Assembly (NCBI GenBank): GCA_051251855.1
Contig: JBPOGI010000002.1
Coordinates: 224,001-288,000, forward strand
Origin: Roseibacillus sp.
GTDB taxonomy: Bacteria > Verrucomicrobiota > Verrucomicrobiia > Verrucomicrobiales > Akkermansiaceae
DNA: 64,000 nucleotides
Direction: 5' to 3'
Under the pieces are notes generated by a model. The model was not told where the DNA came from and searched no databases. It was given only the letters and a program-made list of their open reading frames with translations. This document shows positions 1 to 7,676 of this stretch, one piece after another. Positions within the stretch are counted from its first letter, which is position 1; the number at the start of each line of letters is the position of its first letter. A program made the translations under genes and the position numbers.

Positions 1-380
1 TTCTCCTGCAAGCAGTGGGTGGAGTTGAGGAGCAGGTCGTGGAGTTCCGTCTCGTTGATGGGATTGAGAAGCTGACAGCGGATACCTGTGTCTTGCTCTT
101 GGAACGACGTGGTCTGATAGCCAGTGCCATCGTCTCCTGGTTGGTAGCCCTTTGCCTCCTTCGCCCGCACGAGTTTGGCGTAGAGTTTCTCTGCTTGTTC
201 CCGGGAAACAGGCTGCTGCGTCTTGGTCCCAGTCTTCAAGGTGGAGCCTCGGCGACCGTAGGCGTAGTTGACGGTGAACTCGTCGTCAGTCTCGTCGATA
301 GAGACTTGATAGACTTTGTCGGAGTTGCCTTCGCTGAAGTAGAGGGTGGTGGATTGAATGGATTGTGAGGTTGAGTTCAT
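1..380 (-). CDS. WGR-domain ATP-dependent DNA ligase, N-terminal part (runs off left edge; absent from ORF track)
   Basis: Manual translation from ATG 380: MNSTSQSIQSTTLYFSEGNSDKVYQV...VNYAYGRRGSTLKTG...KLVRAKEAKGY (WGR domain), then ...CQLLNPI...HCLQE(K), consistent with the start of ligase motif I (KxDG). Confidence 0.8.
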   Translation of the reverse strand, partial: MNSTSQSIQSTTLYFSEGNSDKVYQVSIDETDDEFTVNYAYGRRGSTLKTGTKTQQPVSREQAEKLYAKLVRAKEAKGYQPGDDGTGYQTTSFQEQDTGIRCQLLNPINETELHDLLLNSTHCLQE

Positions 381-404
381 AAGTGAGTTGGTTCGGTGTT
401 GAGG

Positions 405-1559
405 TTAGGCTGCAGCGGCGAGGGGAGTTTTCTCCTCCGCCTTTGTTTCTACTTCGGGTAAGACGGTCAGGCGCATGGGCATGACGACGCAGAAGGCTCC
501 TTCCTTGTTCCGGGTTACAAGGGGGCTCATGGAGTCTGTGAAGCATAGGGTGTCTCCCATACTCAAGGCCGTTGCCAAGAACTTGGGTTCGAGTTGAATG
601 GGTGGGACTTCACCCTCCGCCTCGATAGGCACTTCCACTGTCGCCAGCGGCATGCCCTTTTGAGCATGGATGACTTCGAGCACGCCGAGCTTGTGAGAAC
701 GCAAGGTGATGGAGTTGTCAGGCCCTTTGAGTGACTCTAGCCAGCTGCGCAGTGACTTGCGTTCCTTTTCCGCGAGCATTGCAGAGGCGAGGGACTCCCG
801 GGGGACGACTTGCTTCCACTTGGGAAAGCGACCCTCAATCGTTTTGCTGATGAGGATCGCGTTCTTTGTGTGGAAGCAGACGAGCTGTTTCTCTCCCTTG
901 CCGCTGATAGTGACGGTCGAAGCCTGGCCGATGAAGTGACGATGGGCGAGCACCTTCACCGCTGCATTGGGCAGGACGAACTCAGCGCTCCGGGGCACCG
1001 TTGCGGGTATTCCGGCAAGCCGTTTGCCATCGGTGGCGATTAACAATCCTCCGTCCTCGGGTGAGAAGGAAACTCCGTTGAGCACTTCGCGGCTGACGTC
1101 GGTCGAAGCAGCGGCGGAGACATGAGCAAGTTGTTCGAACGTCTTAGCCGGGAGCAAAGTGGAGGGGCCCTCTATCATAGGACGAGAAGAGAACTCATCC
1201 GCTGATAGTGTTGGGTAGTTCGCATGGATCACGATGCCATCACAACGAGTGCTGAGATGGAGGTTGTGGAGCTCACCCAGCTTTCCGAGGGTGAACGAGA
1301 TGTCGCTATTCTTGTCTGCCTTCATCGCATTGCGAAAGGCGTCGTGAGGAATGAGCATGGTTGCCGCTTTTGACAAAGGCGCGGCGAGCCTAACCTGAAC
1401 TTCCAGACGAAGGTTCAGGTCGGTGACTGTGAGAGTCGCGGACTCACCGTTCGCCCGCAGCTCCACGTGACTGAGCACGGGGAGGCTACTTTTGGCAAAG
1501 GGGAGACGCTTGAGGATTTTGCCCGCCTCCAGGAAGGACTGGGCTGATATTTGAATCAT
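405..1559 (-). CDS. dnaN: Element-encoded DNA polymerase III beta-clamp homologue
   Basis: LPVLSHV..., VTDLNL, STDVSREVLNGV, ATDGKRLA, IEGRFPKWKQVVP and C-terminal VVMPMRL are beta-clamp motifs; 384 aa. Not in a dnaA-recF context. Confidence 0.85.
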   Translation of the reverse strand: MIQISAQSFLEAGKILKRLPFAKSSLPVLSHVELRANGESATLTVTDLNLRLEVQVRLAAPLSKAATMLIPHDAFRNAMKADKNSDISFTLGKLGELHNLHLSTRCDGIVIHANYPTLSADEFSSRPMIEGPSTLLPAKTFEQLAHVSAAASTDVSREVLNGVSFSPEDGGLLIATDGKRLAGIPATVPRSAEFVLPNAAVKVLAHRHFIGQASTVTISGKGEKQLVCFHTKNAILISKTIEGRFPKWKQVVPRESLASAMLAEKERKSLRSWLESLKGPDNSITLRSHKLGVLEVIHAQKGMPLATVEVPIEAEGEVPPIQLEPKFLATALSMGDTLCFTDSMSPLVTRNKEGAFCVVMPMRLTVLPEVETKAEEKTPLAAAA

Positions 1560-1619
1560 AGTTTAATGTGGTTGAGTTTAAGTTTCGTGGTTTGGGGGAG
1601 GCGATAGCCGAACCCCGGT

Positions 1620-1683
1620 AAGAAAGAAAAAGGGACCGCCACGAGACTCCTGCCGGGAAAGATAGAAGGCTACGTGACGGTCC
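1620..1683 (-). terminator. Intrinsic-terminator-like hairpin upstream of the dnaN homologue
   Basis: Minus strand GGACCGTCACG ... CGTGGCGGTCC followed by CTTTTTCTTTCTT. Confidence 0.6.
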
Positions 1684-1872
1684 GCATGAACTGGCCTGCG
1701 CTCGGAGTGTCGGGCGACCAGATCGAGGAAGCTTTTCATCGTAGAAGGAAGAGCTTACCTATGCAGCCTGACTGCCCTGAGAGGGGCATGACGAGGCGGC
1801 GTTGTTACAAGGAGAGAGCAGAGGAGTGACGGCGGCTGTGGCAGGCCCGCGAATCAATCATGCTGTCTCTCC

Positions 1873-3390
1873 TTAGTTCGCACCGGGATCGATGCGACGA
1901 CTTGGACGGCGGTGAGAGGGAGTTGTGTTTCCGGCCTCTCGAGCCCGTCCTTTTGCCCAATGACGTAGGGATGCGATTTTGCCATCCATGAGTTGAGCCA
2001 GGGGAACTGTATTCAAAAGGGCTTCTAGAATATCTTTGGCAACTGGTTCGCGATCTTCCGCGAATGCCATGTGAAGGGCATCGACGAATACCGCTTCAAT
2101 TTCCGCTCCCGTGAATTGCTCACACGCCCGGGACAAGACAACGGGATCGAAGTCGGTGGGCTTGCGTCCGAACTTTGCGATAACGATGTCCCAAATAGCC
2201 ATCCGCTCTTGCGAGTCCGGAAGGTCCACAAAGAACATCTCGTCGAAACGTCCCTTGCGCAGGAACTCCGGCGGCAGTTGCGAGACGTCATTGGCTGTCG
2301 CCACCACGAAGACCGGCTTCTCTTTTTCCTGCATCCAGCTCAAGAACGAGCCGAATACCCGGGAGGAGGTGCCGCCATCGGTTGACCCACTGGACTTGCT
2401 GCCAGAGAACCCTTTCTCGATTTCATCAATCCAGAGGACGCAGGGTGCAATGGCTTCTGCAGTCGCAATGACGGAGCGTAGGTTGGCTTCGCTTTGTCCG
2501 ACTACGCCACCAAAGACGCTGCCCATGTCGAGACGCAGCAGAGGCAGGCCAAAGGCGCTTGCTGTAGCCTTTGCGGTGAGACTCTTTCCTGTCCCCGGGA
2601 GTCCCACAATGAGCAGGCCCTTGGGAGCGGGGAGTCCGTATTCTTTGGCTCGGCTCTGGAACGCGCCAGTGCGACCTTGTAGCCATTCCTTGAGGTTGAG
2701 TAGCCCACCGATGTCGTCCAGTCCAGTGGTGGCGGGGATGACCTCTAGCAGGCCGCTGCGCTTCAGGGTGTTGGCCTTCTCGCGGGCAATGATGGTCGGG
2801 TCAATGCCCTTGCTCTCGATGATGGATAGCGCGAAGGCGTTCTCGGCCTCAGTAGTGGTGAGACCCAGCGCACTTTGCAATGCTGATTCCCGAAGGGCCC
2901 GCGAGACTCGCTTGAGTTCTGCCGACTTGATGATGCCGTCTAGCACGACCTCTAGTTCAGCCGGGGTAGGCAGTTGGTAATCGACGAGCGTAAACTCGTG
3001 TTCTAGCTCGGGAGGGAGCTTCAGGCGGCAGCCAAGGAGCAGGATGGTATGTCCGTTTCCTTTGGCGAGCCTGAGGGTGTCCTTAAGGCGGCGTAGAAGC
3101 AGCGGGTCATTCTGGTCGAGATAGAGCTGCAAGTCTCGCAGCAAGACAACCAGACGCGGGGAGTCCGTGCTGAAGGGCGTGTCGAGAAGCTCCAGCGCAT
3201 CCAATGGATCCGGGCAGGGAGTGACTCGGCCTTCTTGAGTGTCGACGAGGCCTTCGGTGGAAGACCAAGCGAGGAGTTTGCGCTCAAGTTCTTTGCAGAC
3301 AGCCGCGACTTCGGCTTCGACGCGTGCTTCCTCGGAGCTGACGATAGCCAGTCCCGGGTAGCCCGCTTGGAGATAGGTGGTAAGATTCAT
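1873..3390 (-). CDS. Ycf46-like AAA+ ATPase
   Basis: Walker A GLPGTGKS, Walker B VLWIDEIEK, VATAN...LPPEFLRKGRFDE. Degenerate N-terminal AAA-like domain as in Ycf46. Confidence 0.9.
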   Translation of the reverse strand: MNLTTYLQAGYPGLAIVSSEEARVEAEVAAVCKELERKLLAWSSTEGLVDTQEGRVTPCPDPLDALELLDTPFSTDSPRLVVLLRDLQLYLDQNDPLLLRRLKDTLRLAKGNGHTILLLGCRLKLPPELEHEFTLVDYQLPTPAELEVVLDGIIKSAELKRVSRALRESALQSALGLTTTEAENAFALSIIESKGIDPTIIAREKANTLKRSGLLEVIPATTGLDDIGGLLNLKEWLQGRTGAFQSRAKEYGLPAPKGLLIVGLPGTGKSLTAKATASAFGLPLLRLDMGSVFGGVVGQSEANLRSVIATAEAIAPCVLWIDEIEKGFSGSKSSGSTDGGTSSRVFGSFLSWMQEKEKPVFVVATANDVSQLPPEFLRKGRFDEMFFVDLPDSQERMAIWDIVIAKFGRKPTDFDPVVLSRACEQFTGAEIEAVFVDALHMAFAEDREPVAKDILEALLNTVPLAQLMDGKIASLRHWAKGRAREAGNTTPSHRRPSRRIDPGAN

Positions 3391-3395
3391 ATTTT

Positions 3396-3662
3396 TTAGG
3401 TATTGTTGGTTTGTTGGTCAAAGGTGGGGTGGCCGGGTTGGAGGTTCTCGTGTTCCCAACGCACACACTCGTCGCGCGATTCATGGGAAAAGAGTCTTTG
3501 TCCGGTGCGAGCGTCGAGTGTGTCCCACCGCTGTGTCGCACGGTTGAAGGTGATCTCGCTGGCTCGGACGACTGAAAGTCGTCCGAGCGAAGCGAGGTCT
3601 ATCTTCTCCGTGTAGAGGCAGCGGATGGGACCGTTCGGGCTAAAGCGGAGAGTGTGCTTCAT
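3396..3662 (-). CDS. Small conserved hypothetical protein of the DUF1257/DUF2997/AAA module
   Basis: 88 aa, tightly packed between neighbours. The CLYTExIDLxxLGxLxxxRAS pattern resembles proteins recalled from PVC-group mobile elements. Confidence 0.7.
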   Translation of the reverse strand: MKHTLRFSPNGPIRCLYTEKIDLASLGRLSVVRASEITFNRATQRWDTLDARTGQRLFSHESRDECVRWEHENLQPGHPTFDQQTNNT

Positions 3663-3665
3663 GCC

Positions 3666-3869
3666 CTAGCCTTCGCCTCCGAGTTGTTGACGGTTCTGGA
3701 GTCCTTGCACGCGTTTCCAAAAGGAAGGCTTGCGGGTCCGTGTTTTGACTTTGCCGAGAGCTTCCTCAATGGCCTTAGTTGCGGCTTCGCAACCGCGTCC
3801 ATTGAAGCCCTCTGCCTCGACTGTGATCTCACCCGCAGGCGAGACCCTTACCTGGATAGAACGACTCAT
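3666..3869 (-). CDS. DUF2997 family protein
   Basis: IQVRVSPAGEITVEAEGFNGRGCEAATKAIEEALG pattern; 4-bp overlap with the upstream gene. Confidence 0.8.
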   Translation of the reverse strand: MSRSIQVRVSPAGEITVEAEGFNGRGCEAATKAIEEALGKVKTRTRKPSFWKRVQGLQNRQQLGGEG

Positions 3870-4255
3870 AGTGACGCGCCCTCCAAGGTGAGCAAGATCG
3901 AGCCATCGGCTTCGACCTTGCGGGTTGTGCGGAGTCCTCGGCTACGGGCTTCGCGTTGTGTTTTGGCAACGCCATAGTTTTGTAGAAGCCGGCCGTAACC
4001 GGGGCCAACCTCTCTGGCGACATGCCCGTCCCACCAGTCAGTGGTGAGGCCGTAGCTGCCGTCCTTCGACTCCGAAGGCTCGACCGCAATATCATAGGGA
4101 CCTTTCAGCTTAATGACGTGGGGAGCCTTGCGGACAAGGCCGTTGTATCCTCGGCAGTCAGCGCGGGACAGAAGTTCGAGATCCATCTCAGCGCAGGCAT
4201 CTTGCAGGGCGTCGAGATCGCGAACTTGGGTTTGTATGGTCGTGAAGTGACTCAT
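3866..4255 (-). CDS. DUF1257 (Ycf35-like) family protein
   Basis: MSHFTTIQTQVRDLDAL start, GPYDIAV, DWW, LLQNYG and C-terminal DGSILL are typical of DUF1257. Confidence 0.85.
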   Translation of the reverse strand: MSHFTTIQTQVRDLDALQDACAEMDLELLSRADCRGYNGLVRKAPHVIKLKGPYDIAVEPSESKDGSYGLTTDWWDGHVAREVGPGYGRLLQNYGVAKTQREARSRGLRTTRKVEADGSILLTLEGASL

Positions 4256-4280
4256 TGTATTTTGATGTTGGTTTGTGGTT

Positions 4281-4326
4281 AGAAAGCACGAAGGGCGGCC
4301 CCTGATTCGGAGCCGCCCTTTCGTGC
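4281..4326 (-). terminator. Strong hairpin (weak U tract) upstream of the DUF1257 gene
   Basis: Minus strand GCACGAAAGGGCGGCTCC-GAATCA-GGGGCCGCCCTTCGTGC-TTTCT. Confidence 0.55.
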
Positions 4327-4530
4327 GAGTTGGTTTGATATGATGAGGTAGGTAAGTTCAGTCGTAGGGATAGGAGATTTGGTGTGAGGAGGGGTAGAAG
4401 TAGGTTGAAATGATGGGGTTCGGACTGAGCCTAGTTGTGTTGTGGGTAAGGGCTGAATCGGAAGATGGTTGGCCGGTTAGGTGTTGGGGTAATCTCTTCG
4501 AGTTTGTAGGTGGGCCGTTGTGTTTTCTCT

Positions 4531-5541
4531 TTAAGCAACCGACGCCAAGCGCCGAGTGCCCATTTGTCCGAAACGCGACAGGACATCGCGCGGATCACTC
4601 TCTGCGAGATGGACCGCATTCTGGCGGAGCAACTCCAAGCCATTAGTCAGGCTCGTCATGGCTCCGCTATCATTACGATACTCCTCAGCACTTCGGCTGA
4701 GCAAGTCGCGGCGAAAGCGTTCCAGTTGTGACTCCAGTTGTTCGTCTTCCGCAAAGTTGAGGCTGCGGAACTTGTCGATGAAGCTGATGAGGCGATTGAG
4801 AGTTCGCTGATGAACCCCATTCTCCGAGCTATCGATGGTTACGAGAACATCCGTTGTGAGCTTTGCCGTTTCCTCACGCAAGGAAGCGACACTCTCCTGA
4901 ATGAAGCTGTTGAGATCCGACTGAAGACGCCGTGAAGCGTCCTCAGCAATGCGGCGGCGATCTTCCGAGACCTCCATCTGCTCCATCCCTTCCGCAACCT
5001 CCAACCGAATATGGTCGGGAGCTGCGATCTGAAAGAGCCTGGTCTCAAATGCGAAACGTTTTGCGATTTCTCCAGCGGGCGGAAAGGACTGTTCGATGGT
5101 CGCGATGAGCCGCTCTGCACTTCCGTTGAGGTGTTGCGCCGCTTCCCGCCACTCGTTCATGGCTGTCTCCCGCAAAGGAGCATAGCCCGCCACAAAGTCG
5201 AGAGTAGCCTCCCGGAACACATCGCGCAGACTATCCAGCCGGTCGGTGAGTTCGCCGAGGCGAGGATTGGGGACGAAGCGGCCGATGCCACCCAAGAACG
5301 GAAAGCTCGCGCCTTCCACGAGGGCATGGGTTCGCGACTCAATGAGAGCAAAGGCCGAGAGGGCCTCACGCGGAATGAGCCGCTTGTGTCCCAGCTGAAT
5401 GAGCCGGTCCGAAACATGGTTAGGGTCGAGCCCTAGGTCTTCAGCATTGAGCCGCTTACAGCCGCGCCAGTAACGCACGGAAGTGGAGGCTAGGACACCG
5501 CGCCGACAGACGGCTTCGAGGAGGTTTTGATTTTGATTCAT
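4531..5541 (-). CDS. DUF3150-like protein
   Basis: 336 aa; WRGCKRL..EDLG, LGHKRLIP and FLGG..FVP motifs followed by a long helical region. Confidence 0.7.
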   Translation of the reverse strand: MNQNQNLLEAVCRRGVLASTSVRYWRGCKRLNAEDLGLDPNHVSDRLIQLGHKRLIPREALSAFALIESRTHALVEGASFPFLGGIGRFVPNPRLGELTDRLDSLRDVFREATLDFVAGYAPLRETAMNEWREAAQHLNGSAERLIATIEQSFPPAGEIAKRFAFETRLFQIAAPDHIRLEVAEGMEQMEVSEDRRRIAEDASRRLQSDLNSFIQESVASLREETAKLTTDVLVTIDSSENGVHQRTLNRLISFIDKFRSLNFAEDEQLESQLERFRRDLLSRSAEEYRNDSGAMTSLTNGLELLRQNAVHLAESDPRDVLSRFGQMGTRRLASVA

Positions 5542-5579
5542 AGTTTTGATGTTTGATGAGTTGAGGTTGGTTAGATTTG

Positions 5580-5621
5580 AAAATGAAAAAGCGCCCGCTG
5601 GTATCGAACCAACGGGCGCTT
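5580..5621 (-). terminator. Intrinsic-terminator-like hairpin upstream of the DUF3150 gene
   Basis: Minus strand AAGCGCCCGTTGGT-TCGAT-ACCAGCGGGCGCTT-TTTCATTTT. Confidence 0.7.
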
Positions 5622-5646
5622 GAGGTAGGGGACGGGTAGGGGAGCA

Positions 5647-6420
5647 CTAACTTGGTAGCCAGGCCGCGCACTCGTTCCGATACTGGCACCAGCTACAGTG
5701 CATCCCGGGTTGGGGATGGAAGCGCTCGGAAGCGATGCCGGTCACTGCGATTTCTAGAAGTGCCGTCACCCGGCGCTTTCGATGTTCGTCTGCGGGCGGG
5801 GACGAGATCCGAATCACTTGCGGGGTCTTCGTCTTCACTAGGAAGATGAGATCCAGCTTGGAGGGAGTCTCGCCAATCGCTTCTAGGAGGAGCTGGTAAC
5901 TCACCAGCTGAATCTCATGGTCCAGCATCGCCGAGTCTGCATTGGGCTTGGCTGCTGCTGACTTGAAGTCGATGGGGGTGAAGTCTTGCTCCACCAGATC
6001 CATCGCTCCAGTCAACGGCACCGAGAGCCCGGGAATCTCCTCTTTTAAGAAGACCTCCACCGCTCGGGGTTTTTCTTTCAGAGCTTCGGGTGAAGCGAGA
6101 TAGGCGGCGACAACTCGTAAGCCATCAGCCATTGCCTTCTCCCGCTTGCTCGGCTCGCCATAGTTCACCGGGCCTTCGTCACGTTCCAACTGCAGGAACG
6201 CCTTCTCGAAGGCCTCGGCCACAAACTCCGGGGAGTCATCCTCACCACGCCAGCGAGCCAAATGAAAGGATTGCAGCGCCGCATGGATGGCCTTGCCCAA
6301 GTGAAGCGCGACCGAGGTCGACTTCTTGATGCCAGCTACCCGCTCAAAGTAGAACCTGAGCGAGCAGCTGAGATACGATTTCGCCGCCGAGGGACTGATG
6401 TGTTCGGGGAAGGCCAGCAT
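5647..6420 (-). CDS. PD-(D/E)XK exonuclease, Cas4/RecB(AddB)-like, with 4-Cys Fe-S staple
   Basis: SPS..SYLSC, GKAIH, GAMDLV, IDFKS, QLVSY and C-terminal CSWCQYRNEC. Confidence 0.85.
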   Translation of the reverse strand: MLAFPEHISPSAAKSYLSCSLRFYFERVAGIKKSTSVALHLGKAIHAALQSFHLARWRGEDDSPEFVAEAFEKAFLQLERDEGPVNYGEPSKREKAMADGLRVVAAYLASPEALKEKPRAVEVFLKEEIPGLSVPLTGAMDLVEQDFTPIDFKSAAAKPNADSAMLDHEIQLVSYQLLLEAIGETPSKLDLIFLVKTKTPQVIRISSPPADEHRKRRVTALLEIAVTGIASERFHPQPGMHCSWCQYRNECAAWLPS

Positions 6421-6962
6421 TACGCAGCCCTCCTACGGTTGCCCCCGGAGTAGGCTGAGCGGTTGCGACTATTGCCGCTGCCTTTCTGCTTTCCGCCGTG
6501 GCGGTCTAGTAGCTCGTCGATGAGCCCAGAGGCTTCCATCTTGTTGAGCTGCCGGACACCCTTGCCAAAGCGCTCTCGCGCCAGAGCTTCGGTATCCTTT
6601 TTATCGAGGTTGTTTTCTTCCACGATCTTGAGAATCAGATCACGTTGTTTGTCGGAGCATTGCCAGGCTGCTCCGTTGGGCCATTGGGTGATGTTAGTGG
6701 GAGCCAAATCGGAATTGTTTTCCGATTTGGACCCGGGAGAGGATTCTGCCTCGTCCATCCCGTAGGTGGAATGAGGAACAAAGCCGGTCTCCAAAATCTG
6801 AGCGTCAACGTTTGACTGCAGCAGATGATAGAGGCGCTCGGATTCTGCTTCGAGGTCATCCGTCGCCACCAACTCCGTCTCGACTGAAACGGAGAATTGG
6901 TGAGACGAATACCCGGGAAGACCGAGACGTTTCGAGTAATTTGCGATGAGTTTGATAGCCAT
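6420..6962 (-). CDS. Hypothetical protein translationally coupled to the nuclease
   Basis: 180 aa; stop overlaps the nuclease start at 6420. N-terminal SKRLGLPGYSS and C-terminal SDKQ...ASGLIDEL helical motif. Confidence 0.75.
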   Translation of the reverse strand: MAIKLIANYSKRLGLPGYSSHQFSVSVETELVATDDLEAESERLYHLLQSNVDAQILETGFVPHSTYGMDEAESSPGSKSENNSDLAPTNITQWPNGAAWQCSDKQRDLILKIVEENNLDKKDTEALARERFGKGVRQLNKMEASGLIDELLDRHGGKQKGSGNSRNRSAYSGGNRRRAA

Positions 6963-6999
6963 AATGTGAATTGAATTTGAGGTTAGTATTGAGAGGTCT

Positions 7000-7143
7000 T
7001 CAGCGCACCCGAGCCAAGCGGAACAGCAATGTCACCACCACCGCTCCAAGAAGCATAGGCAGCCAAAAATCCGAGAAGATCGAGAAAGCCAACGCTATCA
7101 GCGACAGCCACGCGAAGCCCTTGAGATAGGGGATAGGGTTCAT
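7000..7143 (-). CDS. 47-aa small membrane protein (below ORF-track cutoff)
   Basis: Manual translation MNPIPYLKGFAWLSLIALAFSIFSDFWLPMLLGAVVVTLLFRLARVR; two hydrophobic segments; fills the gap in the operon. Confidence 0.6.
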   Translation of the reverse strand: MNPIPYLKGFAWLSLIALAFSIFSDFWLPMLLGAVVVTLLFRLARVR

Positions 7144-7161
7144 GGGACACAGGATTGAGCT

Positions 7162-7413
7162 CTAGTCCAGCATACGCCCCAAGACACCGACAACTGCCGC
7201 GCCCAGCATGGCAAAGCCAATCACCTTCAACCCAGCCCCAACGGGCTTGGTATCGGTAATCTGCGGCGGAGGTGTCGGCTTAGGTGGTTCCTCTTTGCTA
7301 CACGATGCACAGGCCAACACTGCTCCCAAAAACGGAAGAAGAATCAGCTTGCGAGACCAGCGGGAAGAAACGAGTGACGACAATGAAGTCCCAGAATTTG
7401 AATAAAATGTCAT
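7162..7413 (-). CDS. Small membrane or lipoprotein-like protein, first gene of the operon
   Basis: From ATG 7413, 83 aa: hydrophobic stretch ending in lipobox-like LACASC, Pro-rich linker, C-terminal hydrophobic helix. Confidence 0.55.
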   Translation of the reverse strand: MTFYSNSGTSLSSLVSSRWSRKLILLPFLGAVLACASCSKEEPPKPTPPPQITDTKPVGAGLKVIGFAMLGAAVVGVLGRMLD

Positions 7414-7431
7414 AGAAGTTAGATGAGGTTG

Positions 7432-7470
7432 AAAACGCAAAGAACCCGGCGAAATGCCGGGCTCTTTACG
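7432..7470 (-). terminator. Leader hairpin / attenuator at the head of the operon
   Basis: Minus strand CGTAAAGAGCCCGGC-ATTTC-GCCGGGTTCTTTGCG-TTTT; both non-Watson-Crick positions are G-U pairs only on the minus strand. Confidence 0.65.
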
Positions 7471-7676
7471 AGGTTGAGTGAGGCTAAAGTGCCTTTCTCG
7501 ATTTCTTATGACACGCAGACGGAAAGAATTGCACTGTGCTTGGTTGAAATCAGGCGGGGTCTCCTTGGTGGGTCGGGTAGACAATTTCCCAAAGCGGGTA
7601 TGTCTCTCTGTTCTTGAAATAGCTTGAGGTCACTTGAACCATTAAACACCTCTAACTTGCTCTTTTTTCGTAGTTT

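Noticed and set aside
405..1559. Chromosomal origin region implied by dnaN
   Set aside because: No dnaA, recF or gyrB; the neighbours are mobile-element genes.
5647..6420. CRISPR-Cas locus suggested by the Cas4-like nuclease
   Set aside because: No cas1/cas2 and no repeat-spacer array seen anywhere in the window.
7480..7676. oriT upstream of the early operon
   Set aside because: Only short palindromes are present; no recognisable nic site and no relaxase in the window.
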